NCBI RefSeq assembly: GCF_947038635.1
Contig: NZ_CAMQXC010000001.1
Coordinates: 1 to 63,909, forward strand
Source: an uncultured Cetobacterium sp.
GTDB lineage: Bacteria; Fusobacteriota; Fusobacteriia; Fusobacteriales; Fusobacteriaceae
Reading direction: 5' to 3'
DNA length: 63,909 bases
Positions 1 to 9,664 of the stretch are shown here, in pieces; the first letter of the stretch is position 1; the number at the start of each line of letters is the position of its first letter. The notes beneath the pieces were generated by a model. The model ran no database searches and was not told where the DNA came from. It saw only the letters and a program-made list of their open reading frames with translations. Made by a program: the position numbers and the translations under genes.

Positions 1-45
1 GTATAGCACAATCCATTCACTAACGCAACTATTTTTTTATATTTT

Positions 46-522
46 TTATTTTTTTTGTAAAAGAACAACACAATAAGATTTTATTCCTTCCTCATTGCCT
101 GTAAATCCTAGTTTTTCTTCTGTAGTAGCTTTTATACTTATATTTGAAATTTCCGTTTCTAATACTTTAGAAATTTTATCTCTCATTTCATCTAAATAAG
201 GTTTCAATTTAGGTTGTTGAGCAACAATTATACAATCTAAATTTATAATTCTATATCCTTTTTCTTTAATTAAACTAAATACTCTTTCTAAAAGTATCAT
301 ACTATCTATATCTTTATATTCATTTGATGTATCTGGAAAATGTTGACCTATATCTCCTAAAGCTAAAGCTCCTAAAAGAGCATCCATTACAGCATGGACC
401 AATACATCACCATCTGAGTGACCCAAGACACCTTTTAGGTGAGGTATCTCTACCCCACCTAAAATTAATTTTCTTCCTTCAACTAATCTATGAACATCAT
501 AACCATTTCCTATTCTTAACAT
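46..522 (-). CDS. ispF: 2-C-methyl-D-erythritol 2,4-cyclodiphosphate synthase
   Basis: [24 protein letters not shown] and [10 protein letters not shown] motifs; 158 aa. Confidence 0.97.
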   Translation of the reverse strand: MLRIGNGYDVHRLVEGRKLILGGVEIPHLKGVLGHSDGDVLVHAVMDALLGALALGDIGQHFPDTSNEYKDIDSMILLERVFSLIKEKGYRIINLDCIIVAQQPKLKPYLDEMRDKISKVLETEISNISIKATTEEKLGFTGNEEGIKSYCVVLLQKK

Positions 523-531
523 GAAGACTAC

Positions 532-1518
532 CTACTTCCACTCATTATAAATTCTATTATAAAAATCTAAAATCTCTTCAGTTGTAACTGTTGATGTTCC
601 CATTTTTCCCACTACTACACCTGCTGCAGTATTTGCTATCTTAGCAGCTTCATGCAATGTTACACCTGCTGCACTAGCTAACGTAAATACAGAGATAACT
701 GTATCTCCTGCCCCTGTTACATCAAATACTTCTTTTGCATATGTTGGAATATTTATTACCTCATCATTTTGAAACAAACTCATTCCCTCTTCACTTCTTG
801 TTAAAAGAAGATTATTTAATTCTAATTTTTCTTTTAATTCTTTTCCAACTTCTATTATATTATCAAAACTTTTTTTACCTAAACACTCAATGGCTTCCTT
901 TCTATTTGGTGTCATTGAAGTCGCTCCAATATAGTTTAAAGCGTTTTTAGGCTTTGGATCAACTGTTACTATTATCCCTTTTTCTTTACATAATGATATT
1001 ATCTTTTTTACAACTTTTGGTGTTAGAACTCCCTTATCATAATCAGATAAAATTATTGCATCTAATCCATCAATTTGTTTCTCTATCTGTTTTAATAAAA
1101 TATCTTCTAAATTTTCAGTGATTGGTCTTGCATCTTCCCAATCTAATCTTAAAAGTTGTTGGTTTCCACCTATTATTCTCCTTTTTACAATAGTAGGCCT
1201 ATCTTCACTTCTTACAATCCCCATTGTTTCTATAGATTTTTTTTCTAACTCTTTTATTAATCTATCTCCATCAAAATCTTCTCCAACAACTCCAAAACAA
1301 ACTGCTTTAGCTCCTAATGTTGATAGATTATTAACTACGTTTGCTGCTCCACCTAATACAAATCTTTCCTCTTTTATTGAAACTACTGGTACTGGTGCTT
1401 CTGGAGAAATTCTTTCAACTGATCCAATTAAATAATCATCTAACATCATATCCCCAACTACTGCTACTTTTAAATTTTGAAAACTTTTAAGTATCTCTTC
1501 TAATCTACTTTTTTCCAT
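532..1518 (-). CDS. rfaE1: D-glycero-beta-D-manno-heptose-7-phosphate kinase (RfaE/HldE kinase domain, PfkB family)
   Basis: ERISPEAPVPV, GGAANV, SDYDKG and DVTGAGDTV motifs; no fused adenylyltransferase domain. Confidence 0.93.
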   Translation of the reverse strand: MEKSRLEEILKSFQNLKVAVVGDMMLDDYLIGSVERISPEAPVPVVSIKEERFVLGGAANVVNNLSTLGAKAVCFGVVGEDFDGDRLIKELEKKSIETMGIVRSEDRPTIVKRRIIGGNQQLLRLDWEDARPITENLEDILLKQIEKQIDGLDAIILSDYDKGVLTPKVVKKIISLCKEKGIIVTVDPKPKNALNYIGATSMTPNRKEAIECLGKKSFDNIIEVGKELKEKLELNNLLLTRSEEGMSLFQNDEVINIPTYAKEVFDVTGAGDTVISVFTLASAAGVTLHEAAKIANTAAGVVVGKMGTSTVTTEEILDFYNRIYNEWK

Positions 1519-1519
1519 T

Positions 1520-3076
1520 TTAAATCTCCTCTATTACTTCAGCTTTTAATTTTATGTATAAATCTGTATGTTCTAATCTACTTGATTTACTCTTAAATAA
1601 AATTCCTACAGCTGGAATTTCACTTAAAATAGGAACTTTACTATTTATTTTTTGATCTATTTTTCTTTTTAAACCACCTATTAAAATCACATCATTATTT
1701 TTTAATCTAACTTTTGTTTGAAGATTTCTAGATATTTTAGAACCTCCATCCGCATTAAATGTTCCAGAATTAATATCACTAGGTTTTAAAGATTTTTTTA
1801 ATTTAAAATCACTTGCTTCTAAATTCAAATCTAAATAAACACTATTATCTTCTTTTATGTATGGTAAAACTTTTAATATAATTCCAGCTTCTTTAAATAT
1901 AGGTGTATATGTAACAGTATCATTATTTGTGTTTTCTTCTTTATCTTGACCAACAATAACCTCTTCCGTCATTTTCAAAACTCCAGTTTCACCATTCAAT
2001 AATATTATTGATGGTAACGCATTTATTGTTAAATCTTGAGTTGTTTCTAACAAAGTCAAAGTTAAGTCTAAAACATCTTTTCCACTGTTAAATTTACTTA
2101 TAAAATTTATAGAACTTCCCATTATTTCACCTAAACCATCTACTGTCCCAGATATAAGCGTTTCTAAATATATACCACTACTTTTATCAGATAATCTTCC
2201 TTGAGTATCATAGGCCCAATTAAAACCAAGCTCTTCAAAAAGATTTTCTTTTACATCAATTATCTCTGCGGTAACTCTAACTTGTTTTTTTCTTCTATCT
2301 AATTTCTTTATTAAACTTTTTGCAGTATAAACTATATCACCTTTTCCAAAAAGCACTATAGAATTATTTCCAGAACTAATTGAAACTTTTAATTTATCTT
2401 CAAAAGTTTCTTTTATTATTTTTTCAATCTCTTCATGGTTTAAATTTTCCAATGAAATATTTTCTATTATATCATCTTTTTTGTTTTTTTGTTCCCTTTC
2501 TTGAGGGATATTTTTAGGGAAATTCAAATTTTTTCTCTCTACGTAAAAATCAAATTTATTAACTCCATCCTTTATTTCTAAAAAATCACCATTATAAGTA
2601 TAATCATTAGATAAAATAGATATAAAATAAGTTCCCTTTACAATACTATCTATTAAATATTCTCCATAAGTTCCTGAATAAGCTTCAATAGTTTCTCTTC
2701 TTTTTAAAATTATTTTTACTCCCTTTAACTCTTTATTTGTATTTTTATCAAATACTTTTCCAACTAGCATATCTTTATCTTCTGATTTTCTTCCACGAAA
2801 TATTAATGTTTTTCCATTTTTTATTTTAGTTAGTCCGTATGTTGTTTCCATTACATCCAAAATTTCATCTATAGATGTTCCCTTTTTAAAATATCCATCA
2901 ACAACTATATCTTTTACATAGCTATCTCCAATCATTGTATATTTAGAATATTTCGAAAGATGAGCAAATAAATCTACAATAGGGATATCCTTTAAATCTA
3001 ATTCCTTTGGATATGTTTCCATTGAGAAATTAGCAAGATATATGAAAATAAATAATATAAAAATTTTATATTTCAT
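1520..3076 (-). CDS. Secretin (PilQ/GspD family)
   Basis: Signal peptide; QVRVTAEIIDV...LGFNW; EAGIILKVLPYI; ILIGGL...KVPILSEIPAVGILFK secretin C-terminus. Confidence 0.9.
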   Translation of the reverse strand: MKYKIFILFIFIYLANFSMETYPKELDLKDIPIVDLFAHLSKYSKYTMIGDSYVKDIVVDGYFKKGTSIDEILDVMETTYGLTKIKNGKTLIFRGRKSEDKDMLVGKVFDKNTNKELKGVKIILKRRETIEAYSGTYGEYLIDSIVKGTYFISILSNDYTYNGDFLEIKDGVNKFDFYVERKNLNFPKNIPQEREQKNKKDDIIENISLENLNHEEIEKIIKETFEDKLKVSISSGNNSIVLFGKGDIVYTAKSLIKKLDRRKKQVRVTAEIIDVKENLFEELGFNWAYDTQGRLSDKSSGIYLETLISGTVDGLGEIMGSSINFISKFNSGKDVLDLTLTLLETTQDLTINALPSIILLNGETGVLKMTEEVIVGQDKEENTNNDTVTYTPIFKEAGIILKVLPYIKEDNSVYLDLNLEASDFKLKKSLKPSDINSGTFNADGGSKISRNLQTKVRLKNNDVILIGGLKRKIDQKINSKVPILSEIPAVGILFKSKSSRLEHTDLYIKLKAEVIEEI

Positions 3077-3706
3077 TTAAATAGACCTCCTTTTTTTACC
3101 AATTTCTCTTGTTTTATTTTTTTTAAAAGTCCCATCATTATAATAATCATAATCTAAATTTTCTTTTTTATTATTGAATATATACATAACATTCATTTTT
3201 AAATCTAAAATATTATCATTTATTTCTATCAATATAGAATCCTTTTTTAATGTTATATATCTTTTTTCTTCTTCTAACTGAAATATAAAATTATAGATAT
3301 CCATTTCTCTTCCTGTACTATGATAAAAAAAAGTTCCCTCTATATCATTTAAACTTTTTATTGCTTTTACTTCTCTTCCAATTACCTCAATTGTTAAATT
3401 ATTTTCATTTGAAATATCATCAATGAATTTGAAAACATCGTATTCATTATTGAAAATTAATTTTTGTTTCTCTTCTAATAATTCATTTTTTTTTGAAATT
3501 AAATTTTTTTCTTCATCAGTATTTCTCTTCAATATTCTTTGTTTTTCTATTTCTATACTTTTTAAATTTTTAAGTTCTATTTTTAATTTTTCTCTTATAT
3601 CAAATCTGTTTTTTAAAACTAATATTGGTTTAAATAATAAAAAATATATTATTAAAAAATTTATTATTGTAAGTATAACTTTAATTTTTAAATTTAAATT
3701 CTTTAA
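3077..3706 (-). CDS. PilO/GspM-like inner-membrane assembly protein (start uncertain)
   Basis: Frame stays open upstream of the TTG at 3532 and encodes a TM helix (VILTIINFLIIYFLLF) plus coiled coil; lies between the PilN-like gene and the secretin. Confidence 0.5.
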   Translation of the reverse strand, partial: LKNLNLKIKVILTIINFLIIYFLLFKPILVLKNRFDIREKLKIELKNLKSIEIEKQRILKRNTDEEKNLISKKNELLEEKQKLIFNNEYDVFKFIDDISNENNLTIEVIGREVKAIKSLNDIEGTFFYHSTGREMDIYNFIFQLEEEKRYITLKKDSILIEINDNILDLKMNVMYIFNNKKENLDYDYYNDGTFKKNKTREIGKKRRSI

Positions 3707-4395
3707 CTTATCTCTAATTCCATTAAAAAATATACAATTTCCCCCTCTTTTTTTATAAAATCAAATTTTGATTCAATAATTTTTTTATCCATTAATAAAT
3801 ATTTTTTCAGCTTAAATATATTATTTATATTTTTTCCTGTTCCATTTAATATTATTTTATTTTCTAAAAACTCTATTTTTTCTAAGTTTACATCAGATTT
3901 TTTACATGCTTTTGATAAAAAAACTAAACTATCCCCAATTTTAGTTTTTTTAAATTTTAACTCTTCATCTTCATCTAAGGAAATTTGAGAAATTTTAATA
4001 TCTAACTCTTTTAAACTTTTCTTATGACTAATAATTTCTTTTTTTAAATTTAAATTTTCTATATCTAACTTATAATTTCTTAAATAAATAGCTAAACCAA
4101 AAATAAACTCTATTGTTAATATTGTCAATAATACTATTTTAATCTTTTTTCCTGTTACTTTAGGTTCTTTTAATAACCATCCATTTTTATTAATAATTTC
4201 TTTTATTTGAAGAATTATTTCATTATCTAAAACAATTTTTATTTTTAGTATTACTTCATCAGCAACTTCATATATAGATAATAATTCATTTATTTCTCTT
4301 GGAATATCCTCTTCATTTTGAAATAAACCTTGATTAATTATTTCTCCATCTTCTGATAATTTTATTCCTCTATCACTAATTTCCAATATTTTCAT
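3703..4395 (-). CDS. PilN/GspL-like membrane protein
   Basis: Central TM helix, coiled coil, C-terminal ferredoxin-like pattern (KIILNGTG...F..EL); cluster context. Confidence 0.55.
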   Translation of the reverse strand: MKILEISDRGIKLSEDGEIINQGLFQNEEDIPREINELLSIYEVADEVILKIKIVLDNEIILQIKEIINKNGWLLKEPKVTGKKIKIVLLTILTIEFIFGLAIYLRNYKLDIENLNLKKEIISHKKSLKELDIKISQISLDEDEELKFKKTKIGDSLVFLSKACKKSDVNLEKIEFLENKIILNGTGKNINNIFKLKKYLLMDKKIIESKFDFIKKEGEIVYFLMELEIS

Positions 4396-4930
4396 TTTTT
4401 AATCTAGCCTCAACTCCTCTTATCTCTCTTTTATAACTTTTAAAAAAATCTAATTCTCCTTGTAAATATTCATAAAATAAATCTATTTTAATTTCTATTT
4501 GATTTTTTTCTATATCTATAACTTTAATTAATTTTATTTCAAAAATATTTTTTGTAAATGGAATAAACTTTAATCTATCTTCTATAAGTTTTTCATTTTG
4601 TTTAACTGTATCTCTTTTATAACCACTTTTAGAAATTTCATTTACATCAATCCAAATAAGAGTTTTATCTTCAAAATACTCAATTATATCTCTATAATCA
4701 CCACTTTCAATTAAATTGTTTCCTTTAAAAATTTCATACTCTGCTACTGTAGAAAGATTTTCTGTAATCCAATAGTCATCATTTGATATTTTTAAAGAAG
4801 ATAAACTATCAATTTCATTTTTATAATTTAATAAGCTCATCGAAAATAACCAAACTAAAAGAGTAAGAATAAATAAAATACTTGGAAGAATATATCCATT
4901 ATTTTTTGAACTCTTTTTTAAATTTTTCAT
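4376..4930 (-). CDS. Minor pilin/pseudopilin (GspK/PilX-like, lacks Glu5)
   Basis: Basic leader, then G|YILPSILFILTLL hydrophobic helix. Confidence 0.6.
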   Translation of the reverse strand: MKNLKKSSKNNGYILPSILFILTLLVWLFSMSLLNYKNEIDSLSSLKISNDDYWITENLSTVAEYEIFKGNNLIESGDYRDIIEYFEDKTLIWIDVNEISKSGYKRDTVKQNEKLIEDRLKFIPFTKNIFEIKLIKVIDIEKNQIEIKIDLFYEYLQGELDFFKSYKREIRGVEARLKNENIGN

Positions 4931-5423
4931 TTAAGTAGTGTCCCTCCATTGAAACTCCATAATCTTCTAAATTAAAATTTGCTTTTAGATTTTTTATAAT
5001 ATTCTCTCTACTTTCGATCTCTACATTTATCATATTTTTTCTTTTATATTTTCCAGAAAAAGATGTAATAATACTGTCTTCTGAATAATATATCTCTATA
5101 TCGGAGTAAGATTCTTCTCCAGGAATATATTTTTCAACTATAAGTGTATTTCCGTTCTTTAAAGATGGCTTAGAGTAATCAATATAAACATTTATTTTCT
5201 CTAAATTATATATTTTATATTCCAATGATTCATATATAGATGTATTTATACTTTCTAATATTAATTTCATATTCTTATTAAAACGAAATCTATTCATTTC
5301 TAGTTTTCTTTCTATGTTTAGATATTTTAAATAATAAAATAAAATTTGGAAAATAATTGTAATTATTACTAAAGTAGATAATATTTCTATTATTGAAAAT
5401 CCTTTATTTTTGTCTATATACAT
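4899..5423 (-). CDS. Type IV prepilin-like minor pilin
   Basis: KG|FSIIEILSTLVII class III signal peptide. Confidence 0.8.
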   Translation of the reverse strand: MYIDKNKGFSIIEILSTLVIITIIFQILFYYLKYLNIERKLEMNRFRFNKNMKLILESINTSIYESLEYKIYNLEKINVYIDYSKPSLKNGNTLIVEKYIPGEESYSDIEIYYSEDSIITSFSGKYKRKNMINVEIESRENIIKNLKANFNLEDYGVSMEGHYLNEKFKKEFKK

Positions 5424-5739
5424 ATAATTTACTCTCTCTTTTTAAACTATTTTTTTCCACTTTTATCTCTAATTCGTATATTTTTTCATAAATTTTCTTT
5501 GTTTTTATATTAATTGTATACTCTTCATTTGAAGAGATATAATCACCTATATTTAACGAATTTTTATAAAATGATCTAATTTTTTCTATTTCATTTTCTA
5601 AATTATTAAATTCATTTAATTTATTAAATCCTTTTTTTAAAGAGATTAAAGAATATAATAGTGGATTTAAAACTAATAATAATATAATTAGACTTATTAA
5701 AACCTCTAAATATGTTCCTCCCTTTCTACCATTTTCCAT
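5404..5739 (-). CDS. Type IV prepilin-like minor pilin
   Basis: KG|GTYLEVLISLIIL class III signal peptide. Confidence 0.7.
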   Translation of the reverse strand: MENGRKGGTYLEVLISLIILLLVLNPLLYSLISLKKGFNKLNEFNNLENEIEKIRSFYKNSLNIGDYISSNEEYTINIKTKKIYEKIYELEIKVEKNSLKRESKLYVYRQK

Positions 5740-6187
5740 AATTTTCCTTAATTATAACTAAAAAATATGACAAAATTAAAAATGGCCCAAAAGCTATATC
5801 TTTATCTAGTTTTTTTAAAAATATATATTTTCCTCCTAAATAAATTAAAGGAGTAATAAAACTTATATTTAAAAAAATTAATATATCAAAAACTTTATCA
5901 AATTTTAAAAGAAATCCTAAACTTGTAACTAGTTTTACATCTCCCATTCCTATACATTCTTTATTTAAAATATCACTTCCATATCCATATATTAAGATAA
6001 AAGGCAATGTATATAATGCAGCACCCAAAATTCTTTCTTGTAAATCTCCTTCTAAAAAACCTAAAATTATCCCTAAAAAAAGTAATGCTAAATTGCTTTT
6101 ATTCAAAATTATTTTTTCTCTTACATCTCTTATTATTATCTCTAATAAAATTACTACTATAAAAAAATATACTATAACTTTGACCAT
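5726..6187 (-). CDS. Prepilin peptidase (A24 family, peptidase domain only)
   Basis: GMGDVKL catalytic motif, IAFGPFL C-terminal motif, multiple TM helices, 153 aa. Confidence 0.88.
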   Translation of the reverse strand: MVKVIVYFFIVVILLEIIIRDVREKIILNKSNLALLFLGIILGFLEGDLQERILGAALYTLPFILIYGYGSDILNKECIGMGDVKLVTSLGFLLKFDKVFDILIFLNISFITPLIYLGGKYIFLKKLDKDIAFGPFLILSYFLVIIKENYGKW

Positions 6188-6618
6188 TCATCTCCCCTTA
6201 TATTAAATTCAGCTGTATCTCCATGAGGAGTTAATATAAATTCTTTATTACTATTTAAATCTACCTTTACTTTTCCACCATATTTTATTTCTTTAGTTTC
6301 TGGACTTTCTTTACTTCCTCCAATATCTATTAAAAGTTCATTTTCTACTAATTCAAATTTATCTCCTACATATTTCGATAATTCTACTAAAATATCATTC
6401 ATACTATTATCTTTTGAACTTGGATAATTTCCGTTTTCTAAATAGTAAGTTTCATTAGCCATTCTTAAACTTTGCAGTGTATTTATTGCCTTTGAATCCT
6501 TTGCAAGAGCTAAGTAGTCTCTTACTTTTGGAGCTATAAAACTACTTAAAATACCTATTACACCTAAAACTAAAACTATTTCAATTACACTAAATCCTTT
6601 ATTTTTCTTCTTTTTCAT
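6172..6618 (-). CDS. Major type IV pilin/pseudopilin
   Basis: KG|FSVIEIVLVLGVIGIL...P...A; YYLENGNYP motif typical of GspG/PilA/ComGC-like proteins. Confidence 0.85.
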   Translation of the reverse strand: MKKKKNKGFSVIEIVLVLGVIGILSSFIAPKVRDYLALAKDSKAINTLQSLRMANETYYLENGNYPSSKDNSMNDILVELSKYVGDKFELVENELLIDIGGSKESPETKEIKYGGKVKVDLNSNKEFILTPHGDTAEFNIRGDEWSKL

Positions 6619-6626
6619 TAAACCTC

Positions 6627-7790
6627 CTAAATTTCTAAAATATCACTCATATTTAATATTGGTAAATACAAACCAATTACAAATACGCTTATTAATATTC
6701 CTACAAGCAATAATAAAATAGGCTCTGATAGTTTTAAAACTATCTTTAACTTTTTATTTAACTCCTCTTCTCTCACTAAAGAAATCTCTTTTAAAACTAT
6801 TTCGACAGTTCCACTTTCTTCTCCAACTTTAATCATATCTATTTCTTCTAAAGATAATATATTGAGTTTCTTAAAACATTCTGAGAGCAACTCTCCTTTT
6901 TTTATATTTTTTAATATAAACATTCTGTTTTTTAAATATCCACTATCTAAATTTTCTAAAATAATATCTATTCCCTTATCTATCGATATTCCTGATTCTA
7001 ATAATAGAGAAAGATTTTCTAAAATATTTATTATATATTTTTCCAATAAATATTTTTTTATAAAAGATACCTTTTGTAATTGCTTTTTTAAATGAAAAAA
7101 TTTTATAGAAAAAAAAAATACACAAATTATTATAATTATTGTGTAGGGAAATTTATTCAAGATATGTTGAGTATTTAAAATTATTCTTGTTAAAAATGGT
7201 AATTTATTTTTTTCTATTTCATATAATATTTGAAAATTAGGTACAATAAAGTAAAAAATTAAAAGTATTATTATTGTTGATATGAATAAGATAAAAGTTG
7301 GATATGATAAAGCTATTTTTAACTCATTTTTTAATTTTTCTTTTTTTTGTTTCAAATAAGCTACTTTTAAAAAACCATCACCTATTTTTCCAGCATTTTC
7401 TGAAACATAGATTATTAAAAGCTCTCTTTCTTTTATTAAATTCTCACTTCTTAAAATTTCATATATATCCTCTCCTTTCTCTAATTTTTTATAAAGATTA
7501 AAAATTCTAAATTTTAAACTTAAATTTTTACAACTATTTTTTTGAAACTCTATAGATTTTTTTAAGGAAAGTCCTGCGTTTAATAGTCTTCCTATTTTAA
7601 AATATATTTTCTCTAACTCTTTCTCTTTAATCCTCCTTTCAAATTGTATTTCTAAAATTTTTATTAATTTTTTTTTATCTTTAACTAATCTATCTAAAAG
7701 TATTTTTTTATTTTTTTCTAAATATATATCTTCTATCTGATTTCTTTCTTTATCAAGAATAAGACATCTATATAATTTCATATTAAGCAC
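6627..7790 (-). CDS. PilC/GspF inner-membrane platform protein
   Basis: LLNAGLSL, ALSYP, VGEESG, LSEPILL and GLYLPI motifs. Confidence 0.9.
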   Translation of the reverse strand: MLNMKLYRCLILDKERNQIEDIYLEKNKKILLDRLVKDKKKLIKILEIQFERRIKEKELEKIYFKIGRLLNAGLSLKKSIEFQKNSCKNLSLKFRIFNLYKKLEKGEDIYEILRSENLIKERELLIIYVSENAGKIGDGFLKVAYLKQKKEKLKNELKIALSYPTFILFISTIIILLIFYFIVPNFQILYEIEKNKLPFLTRIILNTQHILNKFPYTIIIIICVFFFSIKFFHLKKQLQKVSFIKKYLLEKYIINILENLSLLLESGISIDKGIDIILENLDSGYLKNRMFILKNIKKGELLSECFKKLNILSLEEIDMIKVGEESGTVEIVLKEISLVREEELNKKLKIVLKLSEPILLLLVGILISVFVIGLYLPILNMSDILEI

Positions 7791-8923
7791 TCTTTTAAAA
7801 CTTCAGATTTTGTTGTAATTCTAGTTTCGACTTTTATAAAACCATTATCTAAAAGTGTTTTAAAACCTTTTAACTTTAAATAATTCTCTAAATCTTTTAT
7901 ACTTTTATTTAAAATAATATCTCTTATCTCTTTATCAAAAAATATTATCTCTTCTACAACTTCTCTACCTTTAAAACCTTCATTGCAACAACTATTTTCA
8001 GTTTTGCCACCACATATTTTACATACTTTTCTAACTAATCTTTGACTTTCAATAGCATTTATAGCTGTTGCAATAATAAATTTATCTACTCCAAAATTGA
8101 TTAATCTATCAATAGCTGATATTGCATCTTTTGTGTGAAGAGTAGTTATAACCAAATGACCTGTTAAAGATGCCATTAATGCTATTTCTGCAGTTTCTTT
8201 ATCTCGTATCTCTCCAACTAATATAATATCTGGATCTTGTCTTAAAACACTTCTTAATATTTTTGAAAAATCTAGTCCTATCTCATTTTTACATTGAATT
8301 TGATTAATATTTGGAAATTGATATTCTATTGGATCTTCTATTGTAATTATATTTAATTTTTCATTATTTAAATAATTTACTATTGAATAAAGAGTTGTTG
8401 TTTTTCCACTTCCAGTTGGTCCACAAAATAGTAATAATCCATTTTTTCTATTCAACAGTTCTTTTAGTTTAATTAAATTTTCATTTGTAAATCCTAAATT
8501 TTCTAAAGAAACTTCAGATATATTATTTTTTAATATTCTTAAAACACACCTTTCTCCAAATATAGTTGGAACTAATGAAACTCTAAAATCTATTTTCTCA
8601 TTCTTGTATCGTCCTTTAAATCTTCCGTCTTGAGGAAGTCTTTTCTCTCCAATATCAAGTTCACTCATTAACTTTAGCTTAGTCATTAATTTTAATCCAA
8701 AATTTTTATTTAAATCTTGATAGTATTTTAAGATACCATCTATACGAACTCTTATTTTAATATCAATTTCTTTTGATTCTATATGTATATCTGAAACATT
8801 CTCTTTTAAACTATAGAATATTAATTCATTTAAAAATTCTAAGATATCTTCTTTATTATTTTTTATTTCACTAAAGTCCCTTATTTCAAAAACTTCTCTT
8901 TTAAAATAAATATTTTCCCCCAT
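7778..8923 (-). CDS. PilB/GspE assembly ATPase
   Basis: SDIHIE, RLPQDG, GPTGSGKTTTL, TIEDPIEY, LRQDPDIILVGEIRD, TGHLVITTLH. Confidence 0.95.
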   Translation of the reverse strand: MGENIYFKREVFEIRDFSEIKNNKEDILEFLNELIFYSLKENVSDIHIESKEIDIKIRVRIDGILKYYQDLNKNFGLKLMTKLKLMSELDIGEKRLPQDGRFKGRYKNEKIDFRVSLVPTIFGERCVLRILKNNISEVSLENLGFTNENLIKLKELLNRKNGLLLFCGPTGSGKTTTLYSIVNYLNNEKLNIITIEDPIEYQFPNINQIQCKNEIGLDFSKILRSVLRQDPDIILVGEIRDKETAEIALMASLTGHLVITTLHTKDAISAIDRLINFGVDKFIIATAINAIESQRLVRKVCKICGGKTENSCCNEGFKGREVVEEIIFFDKEIRDIILNKSIKDLENYLKLKGFKTLLDNGFIKVETRITTKSEVLKECLI

Positions 8924-9075
8924 ATATCATCTCCTTTCAACTTTTAATACTTTGAATTGAATTTTATTCTCATTTGTAGAAACTTTTACATATTTAATTA
9001 ACATTTTATTTTTATATGTTGTTTTTATTGGTACAACAGTAAAAACAATCATTATTAAAAAATAATTTTTTAAAT

Positions 9076-9648
9076 TCATTGTTCCTCCATCCATCCAATT
9101 CTATTTTGTCCCTCTTGTGAATAGTGATAATTCAATATGTTATCGTAATTAATATCCTTTACAGCTCTATTTAAATATATATTTATTTTTAAAACTTTTT
9201 CTTTCTGAAATGTATAAAATGCAACTCTATTTTCAACTTGATTATTATAACCAAATACATATATTGTAAAAGCTTTACTTAAATTTCCACTTTTTGTTGT
9301 ATCAACTTTAAATTTTTGATTTCTACTGTTATCATAAATTATTTCATATTTTAGTTTTTCAGGAAGATATAATTTTTCTATAATTTCACTATTTAATTTT
9401 TTTACATTTAAATTCTTATTTAACATGTCAATTTCTATCTGATATTTACTTTTTTCATATAGCGATCTCATAGTATATTTAATAAAAAAAGTTTGAATGA
9501 TACGTCTACTTTTTTCAAGGTCCATTTTCTCATTATATTTTAATATTTTGTAAAATAAAAAAGAGCTAACTATAAAAATAATAGCAATACATGCTATTGT
9601 CTCTAAAAAAGTTAGCCCTTTGTTCTTTTTATTTTTGTTCATACTCAC
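9076..9648 (-). CDS. Type IV prepilin-like protein (FimT/GspH-like)
   Basis: KG|LTFLETIACIAIIF class III signal peptide. Confidence 0.75.
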   Translation of the reverse strand: MSMNKNKKNKGLTFLETIACIAIIFIVSSFLFYKILKYNEKMDLEKSRRIIQTFFIKYTMRSLYEKSKYQIEIDMLNKNLNVKKLNSEIIEKLYLPEKLKYEIIYDNSRNQKFKVDTTKSGNLSKAFTIYVFGYNNQVENRVAFYTFQKEKVLKINIYLNRAVKDINYDNILNYHYSQEGQNRIGWMEEQ

Positions 9649-9664
9649 CTTCTCTTAAAGAAAA

